A stretch of 32,000 bases of DNA from an uncultured bacterium (GCA_964640155.1 CAZXEQ010000005.1:154353-186352); one strand, 5' to 3'. Numbered from the stretch's first letter, positions 17,694 through 26,414 are shown. Made by a program: numbers and translations. Notes: generated by a model not told the origin, from the sequence alone.

Positions 17694-17950
17694 ATGGTTC
17701 AAACAAAGAATATTGTCTTTAAATGATGCGCGTGAAATGAGCTTGGGAATGAGAAAGGTTGAGGATTCTTTTTAGTTTTTTTATTTTCAAATTTTTTTAG
17801 AACATCCTGGCGAGATTTCAACCACGTGATTAAAAAAGATCACCTACTAAAAACGATCGCATTCTTTTCCAATTAAAGAATAAAGATAGTCTGTATAAAA
17901 TCAGGATAAATAATAGTAGAAAAAAATAAAGTAATACTGAGGTATTAGTT

Positions 17951-19657
17951 TTAGGATGCATTCTTAATGGGCAATTCAATCGCAAAAGTACTTCCTTTTC
18001 CTACTTCGCTCTGAACATAAATCCCACCCGAATGAGCTTCAACAATTCTTTGAACAATCGCAAGACCTAAACCCGTGCCTCCCTTTTTAGAAGTAAAAAA
18101 GGGCTGGAATAACCGCTCTAAATGTTCTTCTGGAATACCGACTCCTGTATCTTGAAATTGAATATAGATTTTATCAAGGCTTCTTTTTAAAGAAAGAGTT
18201 AAGGTTCCACCCTGAGGCATGGCTTGAATCGCATTAAGCATAACATTAAGAAAAACTTGGGACATTTGCCCTTTATCTAAAAAAAGAGGCGGTACTTGCT
18301 TATCATAATCTGTTTTCAACTGTACTTTTTGCTGGGCAAGTCTAAACCGCATAAATGAAACAATTTCTTCCAAGCAGTCTTTAACGTCAGTCAAAGCCAA
18401 TGACATTTCACCCGGTCGTCCCATGGAAAGGACTTGATTAATAATTCTTTCCATTTGTCGAATTTTTTCCCCCATCATCTCTGCATCTTTTTCTAGAAAA
18501 ATAGCTTCTCCTTTTTGAGCTTTTGTTTGCAGAGACTGCATCAACATCTTAATCACCGTCAAAGGATTACGTATCTCATGAGCAATTTCAGCTGCAACTT
18601 CTCCTAAAACAGCTAGGCGCTCTTGCTGACGCAAATACTCTTCAGCCCCAATCATGCGTGAATATAGTTTTGAATTTTCAATGGCTACAGCAGCAAGAAT
18701 GGCCAAAGCAGAAAGAACATCCACTTCTTCTTGAGCAAAGTGGCGGGGCAAAATGCTGTAAACATTTAAAAGGCCTATACACTTCTCTTGAAAAATCATG
18801 GGGACAGAAAGCAAAGAACAAAGCCCTTCTTCTTGAGCAATTTCAGGATAGCGATACAACTCACTTTTTTTCACATCCAATACCTGAAGAGGTTGTCTCT
18901 TCAACACCACTTGTCCTAACAAACTCTGTTTAATCGTTAAATTAGGTTTGCGCGAATATTTTTCAGAAGCACCATAAAAACTGCGCAGAATCAGCTCCTT
19001 TCCCGTTTCATCTAAAAGCATGAGCGAGCATAATTTTGTTTCAGTTAGTTTTGTCGCCTCTTCTGTAACTTTTGCAAGAATCTGTTCCAAATCCAAATTG
19101 GAAATAATGGTCTGTCCAATTTTAAAAAGAGAGGCCAACTTTCTGGCCTCACGTTTTGACTCCGCATAAAGTCTTGCATTATGAATAATCTGAGCTGAAT
19201 GCGCCGCCAAACTTGCCAATAATTTTTGATCGGATGAAGTAAATGCATGGAGTCTGGTGCTATCTACATTGATCACACCGATGACCTTGCCTTTGATAAT
19301 TAAAGGGACTGCTAATTCTGAACGAATATTTTTACTCACCTGTACATATTTAGGTTCTTTCAAAACATTGGGAATTAAAAGAGATTTTCCCGTCTTCGCC
19401 ACCCACCCCGTAATTCCCTCTCCTACCTTTAAACCAAGGGAACGAATCTTTTTTTCACTGATATTTTGTGCTACTTCAACTTTTAAGAGATGAGTTTTAG
19501 GCTCAATGAGTAAAATCGACCCCCCCGTTGCCTTCATCATAATGACAGCTTCTCTGAGCAAGAATTTCAAAATTTTGCGTGGTTCCTGAGTGGAAGCCAT
19601 CACATGACTGATATTATAAAGAAGCTTAATTTTTTTGAGTTCGGTGTTTAGTTTCAA
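17951..19657 (-). CDS. Soluble GAF-GAF sensor histidine kinase
   Basis: Two GAF-like regions, the HisKA H-box EIAHEIRNPL, and HATPase N/G boxes (NVMLNAIQAM, DTGVGIP, GGTGLGLAI). No transmembrane segment. The track start is TTG and is uncertain. Confidence 0.8.
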   Translation of the reverse strand: MKLNTELKKIKLLYNISHVMASTQEPRKILKFLLREAVIMMKATGGSILLIEPKTHLLKVEVAQNISEKKIRSLGLKVGEGITGWVAKTGKSLLIPNVLKEPKYVQVSKNIRSELAVPLIIKGKVIGVINVDSTRLHAFTSSDQKLLASLAAHSAQIIHNARLYAESKREARKLASLFKIGQTIISNLDLEQILAKVTEEATKLTETKLCSLMLLDETGKELILRSFYGASEKYSRKPNLTIKQSLLGQVVLKRQPLQVLDVKKSELYRYPEIAQEEGLCSLLSVPMIFQEKCIGLLNVYSILPRHFAQEEVDVLSALAILAAVAIENSKLYSRMIGAEEYLRQQERLAVLGEVAAEIAHEIRNPLTVIKMLMQSLQTKAQKGEAIFLEKDAEMMGEKIRQMERIINQVLSMGRPGEMSLALTDVKDCLEEIVSFMRFRLAQQKVQLKTDYDKQVPPLFLDKGQMSQVFLNVMLNAIQAMPQGGTLTLSLKRSLDKIYIQFQDTGVGIPEEHLERLFQPFFTSKKGGTGLGLAIVQRIVEAHSGGIYVQSEVGKGSTFAIELPIKNAS

Positions 19658-19735
19658 GTTCTCAAGCCTCGCATCTCAAGTTTTAAACTGAATGCTCTTA
19701 CACACAACGCATTCCCGTATAACGATCGACGAATC

Positions 19736-20242
19736 TTAATGCAAATAGGTTTTTCTTCGAAACACATCTGTTTTAAGAGAGCCTACTCGATCTAAAAATA
19801 ACATCCCATTCAAATGATCTATTTCATGTTGAAGAACAATGGCTTCAAAGCCCTCTGCTTGAATTTGTATAGATTGACCTTGTGCATTCAAACCCTCTAC
19901 AACAACCTTATGAAAACGCGTCACATTACCCGTATAGTCCGAAACACTTAAACAGCCTTCTCTACTCATTAAAATTTCTTGAGTTTCAATCAATCGAGGA
20001 TTCATCAGCACAATAAGACCATGATTGGGAACCACTTTACGATATCGGCGAACATCAACCACTAAAAGTTGAATCAAAAGTCCCACCTGACAAGCTGCCA
20101 ACCCCACACACCCTGGGAAACTTTCCATAGTCTCAATCAAATTATTAATAGAAGCAGAAACTGTGCCATCTATCTTATCTACTGGCAAAGATTTCTTTTT
20201 TAATCTTGGATCTGGGAAATGAACAATCGGAAGAATCGCCAT
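19736..20242 (-). CDS. def: Peptide deformylase
   Basis: The three PDF motifs are present: GLAACQVG, EGCLS and QHEIDHLNG. Confidence 0.9.
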   Translation of the reverse strand: MAILPIVHFPDPRLKKKSLPVDKIDGTVSASINNLIETMESFPGCVGLAACQVGLLIQLLVVDVRRYRKVVPNHGLIVLMNPRLIETQEILMSREGCLSVSDYTGNVTRFHKVVVEGLNAQGQSIQIQAEGFEAIVLQHEIDHLNGMLFLDRVGSLKTDVFRRKTYLH

Positions 20243-20244
20243 AT

Positions 20245-20790
20245 TTATAGTGTGGAAGTTTCTATTGGATGCATTGTAATCGTTACAGAAAGCTTACGCC
20301 CCAAATCTTCCAAATCTCTTTGAAGACTTGAAAGATCTATTCCTGAAGGAGGTTCTACCTCTAACATCATCATGTAAAGAGAGGATTTACTTTCTACAAC
20401 CCTTCGTGTATTTACATCCGTAATATTTACTTTTTTCTTGGATAAAAGCTCTGCCACCTGGTAAACAATTCCCGGTTGATCAACACCATAGACACTGATC
20501 ATTTGTGGGCAAACTGCTTCTTTTTTCTTCTGACTTTCTTCAGAAGTTAATTTTCTTAAAAAAACGGACAAATGCAAAGATTCTCTTACAGAATTAAATC
20601 TTTGATCCAATACTTCCAGCGTCAGATTTTCTGGAAGAGAAGCAATTAAAATCATGGCGAATTCTCTTTCCAAAATCGTCATGCTAGAATCTTCTAAATT
20701 GCAACCTGTCTCATAAAGAACTTTTGTTACTCCAGCCACAATACCGGGACAATCTTGACCTAATGCAGTAATGACTATTTTTGATTTCAT
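20245..20790 (-). CDS. Tandem ACT-domain protein (GcvR-like)
   Basis: Two ACT-like halves (ITALGQDCPGIVAGVT and SVYGVDQPGIVYQVA). An AAGGAG ribosome-binding site precedes the ATG. The stop lies 2 nt before the def start. Confidence 0.65.
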   Translation of the reverse strand: MKSKIVITALGQDCPGIVAGVTKVLYETGCNLEDSSMTILEREFAMILIASLPENLTLEVLDQRFNSVRESLHLSVFLRKLTSEESQKKKEAVCPQMISVYGVDQPGIVYQVAELLSKKKVNITDVNTRRVVESKSSLYMMMLEVEPPSGIDLSSLQRDLEDLGRKLSVTITMHPIETSTL

Positions 20791-20951
20791 GATATTCTCC
20801 TTCGTTCCACGTCATGCGGAGCGTGTTGTGCGTCATGCGAAAAGACAAGAACGCTAAAAACGCATCTCTCATAACGCACAACGGTTTTTAAAGTATACAA
20901 AAAGCAAGCCCTTTTTAGTAGAATTTCAAAAAATGAAAGAAACGGGAGAAA

Positions 20952-21290
20952 ATGATGAATGAATTCACAAAGAAAAAATGTCGACCTTGCGAAGGAGGTA
21001 TTCCTCCTCTTTCTCAAGAAGAAATTCAAAAGAGTCTTTTTCAATTAAAAGGTTGGGAATTATCAAGTGACACAAAAACCATTATTAAAAATCTTAAACT
21101 CAAAGATTTTAAATCTGCTCTTAAATTAGTGAACGAGATTGGTGTAATAGCAGAATCTGAAGGGCATCATCCTAATCTATATATCCACAGATACAAATTG
21201 CTTCGCATCGAGTTAAACACCCACGCCATCGATGGACTTTCTGAGAATGATTTCATCTTAGCCGCAAAGATCGATGAGTTAATCGGCTAA
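20952..21290 (+). CDS. phhB: Pterin-4a-carbinolamine dehydratase
   Basis: The EGHHPN core motif, and a length of about 110 aa. The second ATG (20955) has better spacing to the GGGAG tract. Confidence 0.8.
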   Translation: MMNEFTKKKCRPCEGGIPPLSQEEIQKSLFQLKGWELSSDTKTIIKNLKLKDFKSALKLVNEIGVIAESEGHHPNLYIHRYKLLRIELNTHAIDGLSENDFILAAKIDELIG

Positions 21291-21297
21291 GCAGCTT

Positions 21298-21573
21298 TTA
21301 TCCTTTAACTCTTTTTTTGCTATGCCATTTCTTAAATACCTTCGAGTCAAATTTTGAGAGTTCTAGATGGAAAGTCCACGGCAAAAAAATCACTAAAGTC
21401 ACATAAGCTAAATCTTCTCGGTGAGAATAATAAGTCTCAGCAAGAATCTTTTGCTTACGAAAAACCTTTGCTAAGCCTTCAAGATGGTTCACATCCTCTG
21501 TTGAGGAAGCATAGAGTTCCAGAACTTCTTTGCAACGATATGGAAGCTTTGTAATCTCATTAGTTTTTTTCAT
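21298..21573 (-). CDS. Possible small hypothetical protein (91 aa)
   Basis: This is the track ORF 21298..21645, trimmed to the internal ATG at 21573 (MKKTNEITKL). The upstream 24 codons run through the GC-rich repeat element. There is no recognisable family, and it may not be coding. Confidence 0.3.
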   Translation of the reverse strand: MKKTNEITKLPYRCKEVLELYASSTEDVNHLEGLAKVFRKQKILAETYYSHREDLAYVTLVIFLPWTFHLELSKFDSKVFKKWHSKKRVKG

Positions 21574-21699
21574 AAAAGTGTGTCCTTCCCAGATGCGGGT
21601 GATACTCGGCGGGGCGCCCCGCCGAGCGCAACGTTTACTGAGCACGGTGGGGCTGACAAGTAGCAGGACCCGCTACTTTTTCAAAGGACACACTTTTAT
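21572..21699 (+). repeat. GC-rich palindrome-ended element, copy A (candidate structured RNA or MITE-like)
   Basis: Perfect 16-nt terminal inverted arms ATAAAAGTGTGTCCTT / AAGGACACACTTTTAT enclose a GC-rich core. The 84-nt core aligns without gaps to copy B at 70/84 identity (hand count). Confidence 0.7.
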
Positions 21700-21734
21700 A
21701 AATGTAATCTTATAAAACATAAAGTGTGTTCACA

Positions 21735-21762
21735 TTGACAAAGCACTTAAGTCTACTATAAT
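21735..21762 (+). promoter_or_regulatory. Strong sigma-70-type promoter of the HAD gene
   Basis: TTGACA, 16 nt, TATAAT. Only 9 nt (ttccccact, no Shine-Dalgarno sequence) separate the -10 element from ATG 21772. Confidence 0.6.
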
Positions 21763-21771
21763 TTCCCCACT

Positions 21772-22470
21772 ATGAAAAAGCCCAAAGCCCTTCTTTTTGA
21801 TGTGGATGGCACACTGATCCGAACAGGCGGAGCAGGGATTCGATCCCTCTTAAGATCATTTAAACTTATCTATAATTTAGAAAATCCTCTCGAAGGAGTG
21901 ACCATTGCAGGGAATACCGATCCTTGCATTTTTAGAGATATCATGGTTTATCAGACGAATAAAAGCCCATCCCTTGAAGAAGAAAAAAAATTTCTCAATC
22001 AATACCTTCAATTCCTTCAAGAAGAAATTTCTGTATCCGAAGGATATAAAGTTCTTCCTGGAATTGTCGAAATTCTCAAGCAGGCTTTTGACATGCCTCA
22101 TCTTTTAATAGGACTCGGAACCGGGAATTTAGAAGAAGGAGCCAAAATTAAACTGGAAAGAGGAGGTTTAAATTCTTATTTCAGTTTTGGAGGTTTCAGT
22201 TCAGATTCTCATCATCGACCTGAAATACTTAAAATGGCCGTTAAAAAAGCCGAAAAGAAATTTGGAGTACAACTTTCGCCAGAAGAAGTGATTGTGATTG
22301 GAGATACACCCCGAGATTTAAGTGCTGCTCGAGCCATTGGAGCAAAAGCAATATGTGTTGCTACAGGAGGCTACACTTTCGAAGACCTGAAAGCTTGTAA
22401 TCCTGATCATCTGATGAAAGATTTCGAAAATGTGGACGAGTTTTTTGAGTTTGTGAATCAGTCCTCTTAA
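21772..22470 (+). CDS. HAD-superfamily hydrolase (phosphoglycolate phosphatase-like)
   Basis: Motif I is LLFDVDGTLI, and a downstream GDTPRD matches motif IV. Length 232 aa. Confidence 0.75.
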   Translation: MKKPKALLFDVDGTLIRTGGAGIRSLLRSFKLIYNLENPLEGVTIAGNTDPCIFRDIMVYQTNKSPSLEEEKKFLNQYLQFLQEEISVSEGYKVLPGIVEILKQAFDMPHLLIGLGTGNLEEGAKIKLERGGLNSYFSFGGFSSDSHHRPEILKMAVKKAEKKFGVQLSPEEVIVIGDTPRDLSAARAIGAKAICVATGGYTFEDLKACNPDHLMKDFENVDEFFEFVNQSS

Positions 22471-24227
22471 TTCTTTTTTCTTTTCTTCAAGAATTTTTCC
22501 ATCTCCTTTACAGAAAGTGTATTCACAATATCTTTAGGTTCAAGCCAGCCTTTGCGAGCAATCCCAATCCCAAATTTGACAACATCTAATCCTACAACGC
22601 TATGAGCATCAGGATTAATGCTTAATTTAGTTCCTTTTGATTTGGCGTAAGGGCAATGTCTCCAATCCAAATCAAAGCGATGGGGACTTGCATTTAGTTC
22701 CATCACCACACCTAATCGACTTGCTGCGTCAATGACTTCATGCATATTGAGAGCATAAGGCTCTCGCTCTAAAATCAAACGTCCTGTTGGATGCCCTAGA
22801 AAAGTTACATAAGGATTTTCCATCGCTTTGATAATACGCTGTGTCATTTCTTTTTCAGCCATTCCAAATCGGCTGTGAACCGAAGCAATGATAAAGTCAA
22901 ATTTTGGCCAAACCTTTTCATCATAATCAATAGCTCCATCACCCAAAATATCTGCTTCAATCCCTTTAAAAATTCGAATCTCTTTAAATTCTTTTGCAAG
23001 TTTTTCTAATTCTTCATGTTGTTTAAAAACTTCATCTTCTTTCAACCCCTTGGCATAAAAAGCGGATTTACTATGATCTGAAATCCCCACATATTCATAA
23101 CCCAAATCAATACACCCTTGAATCATCTCTCGCAAAGTTGCATTCCCATCGCTCCAATTGCTATGGACATGAAAAACTCCTCGAATATCTTTTTCAGAAA
23201 TAAGTGTCGGAATTTTTCCCTTTTCAGCCGCTTCAATCTCCCCTTGATTTTCACGAAGCTCCGGTGGAATTTCAGACAAACCGAGGGCCTTGAAAATAGC
23301 AGCTTCGTCCTTACATTTGACAAGCATATCATCTTCTTTAAAGAGGCCATATTCATTGAGCTTCATGTTCATCTTTTTTGCCCGACTGCGCATCGCTGTA
23401 TTGTGTTCTGCACTGCCTGTAAAATGATGCAGTGCGTAGGGAAACTGAGAATCTTCAACAACACGTAAATCCACATTAATGCCCGATTTTAAAAGAACAC
23501 TGGTTTTGGTTTCCCCTTTTGCAATAATGCGTTCTACTTCAGGAAGAGAAGCAAAGGTATCCATCAGGGCAACTGCATCTTTAGATTTGGCGCTCACCAA
23601 AAGATCAATATCTTTAATCAATTCTTTATGCCGACGCAAACTTCCAGCAAGACTCGAGCGAATGATTTTGGGATGTTTTCCAAACGCTTGTAAAATGAGT
23701 TGAGCTTGTGCATCTACTTCATCATAACGATGACGCTCTTCATTTTTACGAATAAACTCTATGCCCTGCAAAATTTTGGTTTGAGTCTTTTCTCCAAAAC
23801 CTTCTAATTTTAAAAGAAGATTCTCACGGCAGGCTTTTTCTAATTGATGAATACTTGTTATTTTTAAATTTTTGTAAAGGGCTTGAATTTTTTTGGGTCC
23901 TAATCCCGGGATACTCAACATTTCAAGCAATCCTTCGGGAACAGATTTTTTCAAATCCTCATAATAAGTAAGCCGACCTGTGGTCACAAGCTCAGTAATT
24001 TTTTCGGAGAGGGCTTCACCAATCCCTTTAATCTCTTGAAGAGATTTCTGTTTCACCAATGTGACAAGATCTTCTTCGAGGGCTTCAATGATACGTGCTC
24101 CATTTGAATAGGCACGTGACTTGAAAGGATTTTCGCCTTTAAGTTCCAGGAGAACAGCAATTTCTTCTAGAATATGTGCAACTTCGTGTTTATCCATAAA
24201 TACAGGAAATAGGATTTTGTGAATCAT
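22467..24227 (-). CDS. polX: Family X DNA polymerase with C-terminal PHP domain (PolX)
   Basis: - N-terminal ENPFKSRAY.
- HhH motifs (IKGIGEALSEKI, IPGLGPKKIQ).
- Catalytic DIDLLV region.
- PHP motif HVHSNWSDG.
The true start could be the internal ATG at 24197. Confidence 0.85.
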   Translation of the reverse strand: MIHKILFPVFMDKHEVAHILEEIAVLLELKGENPFKSRAYSNGARIIEALEEDLVTLVKQKSLQEIKGIGEALSEKITELVTTGRLTYYEDLKKSVPEGLLEMLSIPGLGPKKIQALYKNLKITSIHQLEKACRENLLLKLEGFGEKTQTKILQGIEFIRKNEERHRYDEVDAQAQLILQAFGKHPKIIRSSLAGSLRRHKELIKDIDLLVSAKSKDAVALMDTFASLPEVERIIAKGETKTSVLLKSGINVDLRVVEDSQFPYALHHFTGSAEHNTAMRSRAKKMNMKLNEYGLFKEDDMLVKCKDEAAIFKALGLSEIPPELRENQGEIEAAEKGKIPTLISEKDIRGVFHVHSNWSDGNATLREMIQGCIDLGYEYVGISDHSKSAFYAKGLKEDEVFKQHEELEKLAKEFKEIRIFKGIEADILGDGAIDYDEKVWPKFDFIIASVHSRFGMAEKEMTQRIIKAMENPYVTFLGHPTGRLILEREPYALNMHEVIDAASRLGVVMELNASPHRFDLDWRHCPYAKSKGTKLSINPDAHSVVGLDVVKFGIGIARKGWLEPKDIVNTLSVKEMEKFLKKRKKN

Positions 24228-24289
24228 CTTTCACGATTCTATTCTAATACATTATGAGTCTTTTATCACTATTCACTATGATAGTATGC

Positions 24290-24418
24290 ATAAAAGTGTG
24301 TACTTTATACATGCGGGTGACACTCGGCGGGGGGCCCCATCGAGCGGGACTTTTGTTGAGCACGATGGGGCTGACGAGTGGCAGGCCCTGCTACATTTTT
24401 TAAAGTACACACTTTTAA
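24290..24418 (+). repeat. GC-rich palindrome-ended element, copy B
   Basis: Perfect 17-nt arms TAAAAGTGTGTACTTTA / TAAAGTACACACTTTTA. Same orientation and same core length as copy A. Confidence 0.7.
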
Positions 24419-24454
24419 TTGCATGATCTTCACTATACCCTATCCCCTTTTTAT

Positions 24455-24483
24455 TTGACCTTTTCAGACACCTTTTGTACACT
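24455..24483 (+). promoter_or_regulatory. Candidate sigma-70-type promoter of the ferredoxin gene
   Basis: TTGACC, 17 nt, TACACT, about 60 nt upstream of ATG 24547. Confidence 0.45.
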
Positions 24484-24546
24484 ATCTAAAATTTTAGTTT
24501 TTAACTGTTAGAAACCAATAGATCAATTATATATACGGAGGAAACA

Positions 24547-24861
24547 ATGTCTTACGTCATTACAGAAAAATGTTTGGGTGAACGCTACGCATCTTGCGCT
24601 TCTGTTTGTCCTGTAGAATGTATTCATCCTGGAGATTATCAGGGTAAAGAATTCATGATCATTGATCCAGAAGTTTGCATCAGCTGCGGACTTTGCTTAC
24701 CTGAATGTCCTATTAATGCAATTGTGGATTCCGAGGATCAAGATCCTGTTTGGGCAAAAATCAATTTAGAACTTACACCTTCTTACAAAGGTAATCCTCC
24801 TGCGGCTGAGAGACCCAGAAACGATCCTCCTCGCAGAGCGGATAATAAATTGGTTCAGTAA
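24547..24861 (+). CDS. Ferredoxin, 7Fe-type cysteine spacing ([3Fe-4S][4Fe-4S]-like)
   Basis: The first cluster region is C-x7-C-x3-CP (CLGERYASCASVCP) and the second is CISCGLCLPECP. A GGAGG ribosome-binding site precedes the gene. Confidence 0.85.
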   Translation: MSYVITEKCLGERYASCASVCPVECIHPGDYQGKEFMIIDPEVCISCGLCLPECPINAIVDSEDQDPVWAKINLELTPSYKGNPPAAERPRNDPPRRADNKLVQ

Positions 24862-24884
24862 AAGTAAAAAAGTTCTTCCGCTTT

Positions 24885-24919
24885 AAAAAGCTCCGTGGTT
24901 AAAACACGGAGCTTTTTTA
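24885..24919. terminator. Bidirectional intrinsic terminator between the ferredoxin and MFS genes
   Basis: AAAAAGCTCCGTG, loop gttaaaa, CACGGAGCTTTTTT. The stem is flanked by an A-run and a T-run, and it sits between two convergent stop codons. Confidence 0.8.
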
Positions 24920-24922
24920 TTC

Positions 24923-26167
24923 CTAGTCCCGTAGAGAGGCTTCTTCTGATAAAATAATTTCTTTTTTAGAATGTGTAGGGACGGGATCTTTTACAAAAAT
25001 AGTAAAGAACAAAACGCCTATCACCATGATTCCTGCAATCACGCTAAAAGCTGGTAAATACCCTAATGACCCAATCAAAATTCCTGCAAGAATAGGCCCT
25101 GCTGCTTCCCCCATATCCCAAATCGTTCCAAAAACCCCCATCGCTGATCCATACCGACGATTATGACAAAGATCCGCAACCAAAGCTGTTGTGGATGGAG
25201 TTACAATGGCCATTCCAAAACCAAAAAATAAACACAGCAAAAGCAAAGGCCAAAAAGAATGAACCATCGCAATCAAGGTCAATGTTGAAGCACAAAGCAA
25301 AAGGCCAAATATAATCATGGGTTTTCGACCCAAACGATCTGAGAGTTTTCCCGTTAAAGGTTTCCCAGCCATCCCTGCAACAAATTGAATTCCCAGTAAA
25401 ACTCCAGCCTGGGCTTCATTCATTCCATGGGCCCTCGAATATAAAGGAAGGAATGCAATCAAAACAGCAATTCCGAGAAAGAGACATGCTTCCATCATTC
25501 CAGCAATCAAAATAGACCGATGCCAAACAATTTCTTTGACCCCTTTTACAAAAAGAGTGTGTGCTTGTTTCCAAGAAGGATTCTCTTTGTGTCCATTAGC
25601 CAACGTCTCCCACTGAGATCCTAATTTCCATAGAACCAGTAAAGGCAACAATCCCCAAAAAGCTACAGATAAATAAGTGATTGAGAAACTCGAACTCCAG
25701 AAAAGAATAAGACCTCCAAGAAGAGGCCCCGCCGTACTCCCCAACTCATTGACTGCCGCAAACCATCCAATTTTTTCTCCTCTACTCTTTTCAAAGAGTT
25801 CCACCACAAAAGCACTTGCCACAGGGCTAAAAATGGCTGTGGCAAAACCATGTAAAAAACGTAAAAACAAAAGTTGACTTGGTGTATGGACTGATAAATA
25901 TAGAAAAGGGGTCAGTGCAAAAAAGAAGGACGAGACAATAATCATCTTACGACGTCCAAAAATATCAGACAAAACTCCGGCAGGAACTTTAATGAAAATA
26001 CCTGTAATTGTAGAAGCTGCCACAATCCAACCAATCCATTCAGGACTGGAACCTAAATCTTGGGCAAAATGGGGCAACACAGGGGTACGTCCCATCTGAT
26101 AGCTCAGACGGGCTAAAAAAGCTACCAAGCAAAGTTTGAAGAATGCTTTTGAGTTTTCTGAGTTCAA
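24923..26167 (-). CDS. MFS transporter
   Basis: About 12 hydrophobic segments and an MFS loop motif (SDIFGRRKM / SDRLGRKPM). The track start is TTG, but the first transmembrane segment requires a start near there. Confidence 0.8.
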   Translation of the reverse strand: MNSENSKAFFKLCLVAFLARLSYQMGRTPVLPHFAQDLGSSPEWIGWIVAASTITGIFIKVPAGVLSDIFGRRKMIIVSSFFFALTPFLYLSVHTPSQLLFLRFLHGFATAIFSPVASAFVVELFEKSRGEKIGWFAAVNELGSTAGPLLGGLILFWSSSFSITYLSVAFWGLLPLLVLWKLGSQWETLANGHKENPSWKQAHTLFVKGVKEIVWHRSILIAGMMEACLFLGIAVLIAFLPLYSRAHGMNEAQAGVLLGIQFVAGMAGKPLTGKLSDRLGRKPMIIFGLLLCASTLTLIAMVHSFWPLLLLCLFFGFGMAIVTPSTTALVADLCHNRRYGSAMGVFGTIWDMGEAAGPILAGILIGSLGYLPAFSVIAGIMVIGVLFFTIFVKDPVPTHSKKEIILSEEASLRD

Positions 26168-26278
26168 GTCTTCTTCTTTATCTTGAATTCACTGCACTCC
26201 TAGATTTTAACATATATTTCTCCTCGCAAAGTACTTGACGTAGTCATCGAGTTATGAGACCATTTTGAGAATATAGTA

Positions 26279-26402
26279 CTCTTATCCAGAGTGGCTGAGG
26301 GAAAGGCCCGATGATGCCACGGCAACCGCTCCGATAATAATCGGGGGCCAGGTGCTAACTCCTCTATTCAAAGGAATTAAGCTTTGAATGGAAAGATAAG
26401 AA
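26279..26402 (+). promoter_or_regulatory. SAM-I (S-box) riboswitch aptamer
   Basis: CTCTTATCcAGAGtGGctGAGGGAaaGGCCCGATGAtgCCacGGCAACC...GGTGCTAAcTCC...aGATAAGA matches the conserved S-box core and P1 helix. Confidence 0.9.
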
Positions 26403-26414
26403 AAGGTCCATTTC

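Noticed and set aside
20787-21044. 85-aa minus-strand ORF across the ACT/phhB divergent region
   Set aside because: It overlaps the phhB start and the control region. The product has no recognisable features and there is no ribosome-binding site.
24371-24400. CUGACGAG followed by a hairpin in element copy B, considered as a hammerhead ribozyme core
   Set aside because: Copy A reads CTGACAAG at the same place, and no GAAA/CGAAAC box follows the hairpin in either copy.
24276-24482. 68-aa minus-strand ORF, and likewise the first 24 codons of ORF 21298-21645
   Set aside because: Both run through the GC-rich repeat copies. The two copies are not conserved in any one reading frame, and the ORFs exist only because GC-rich sequence lacks stop codons.
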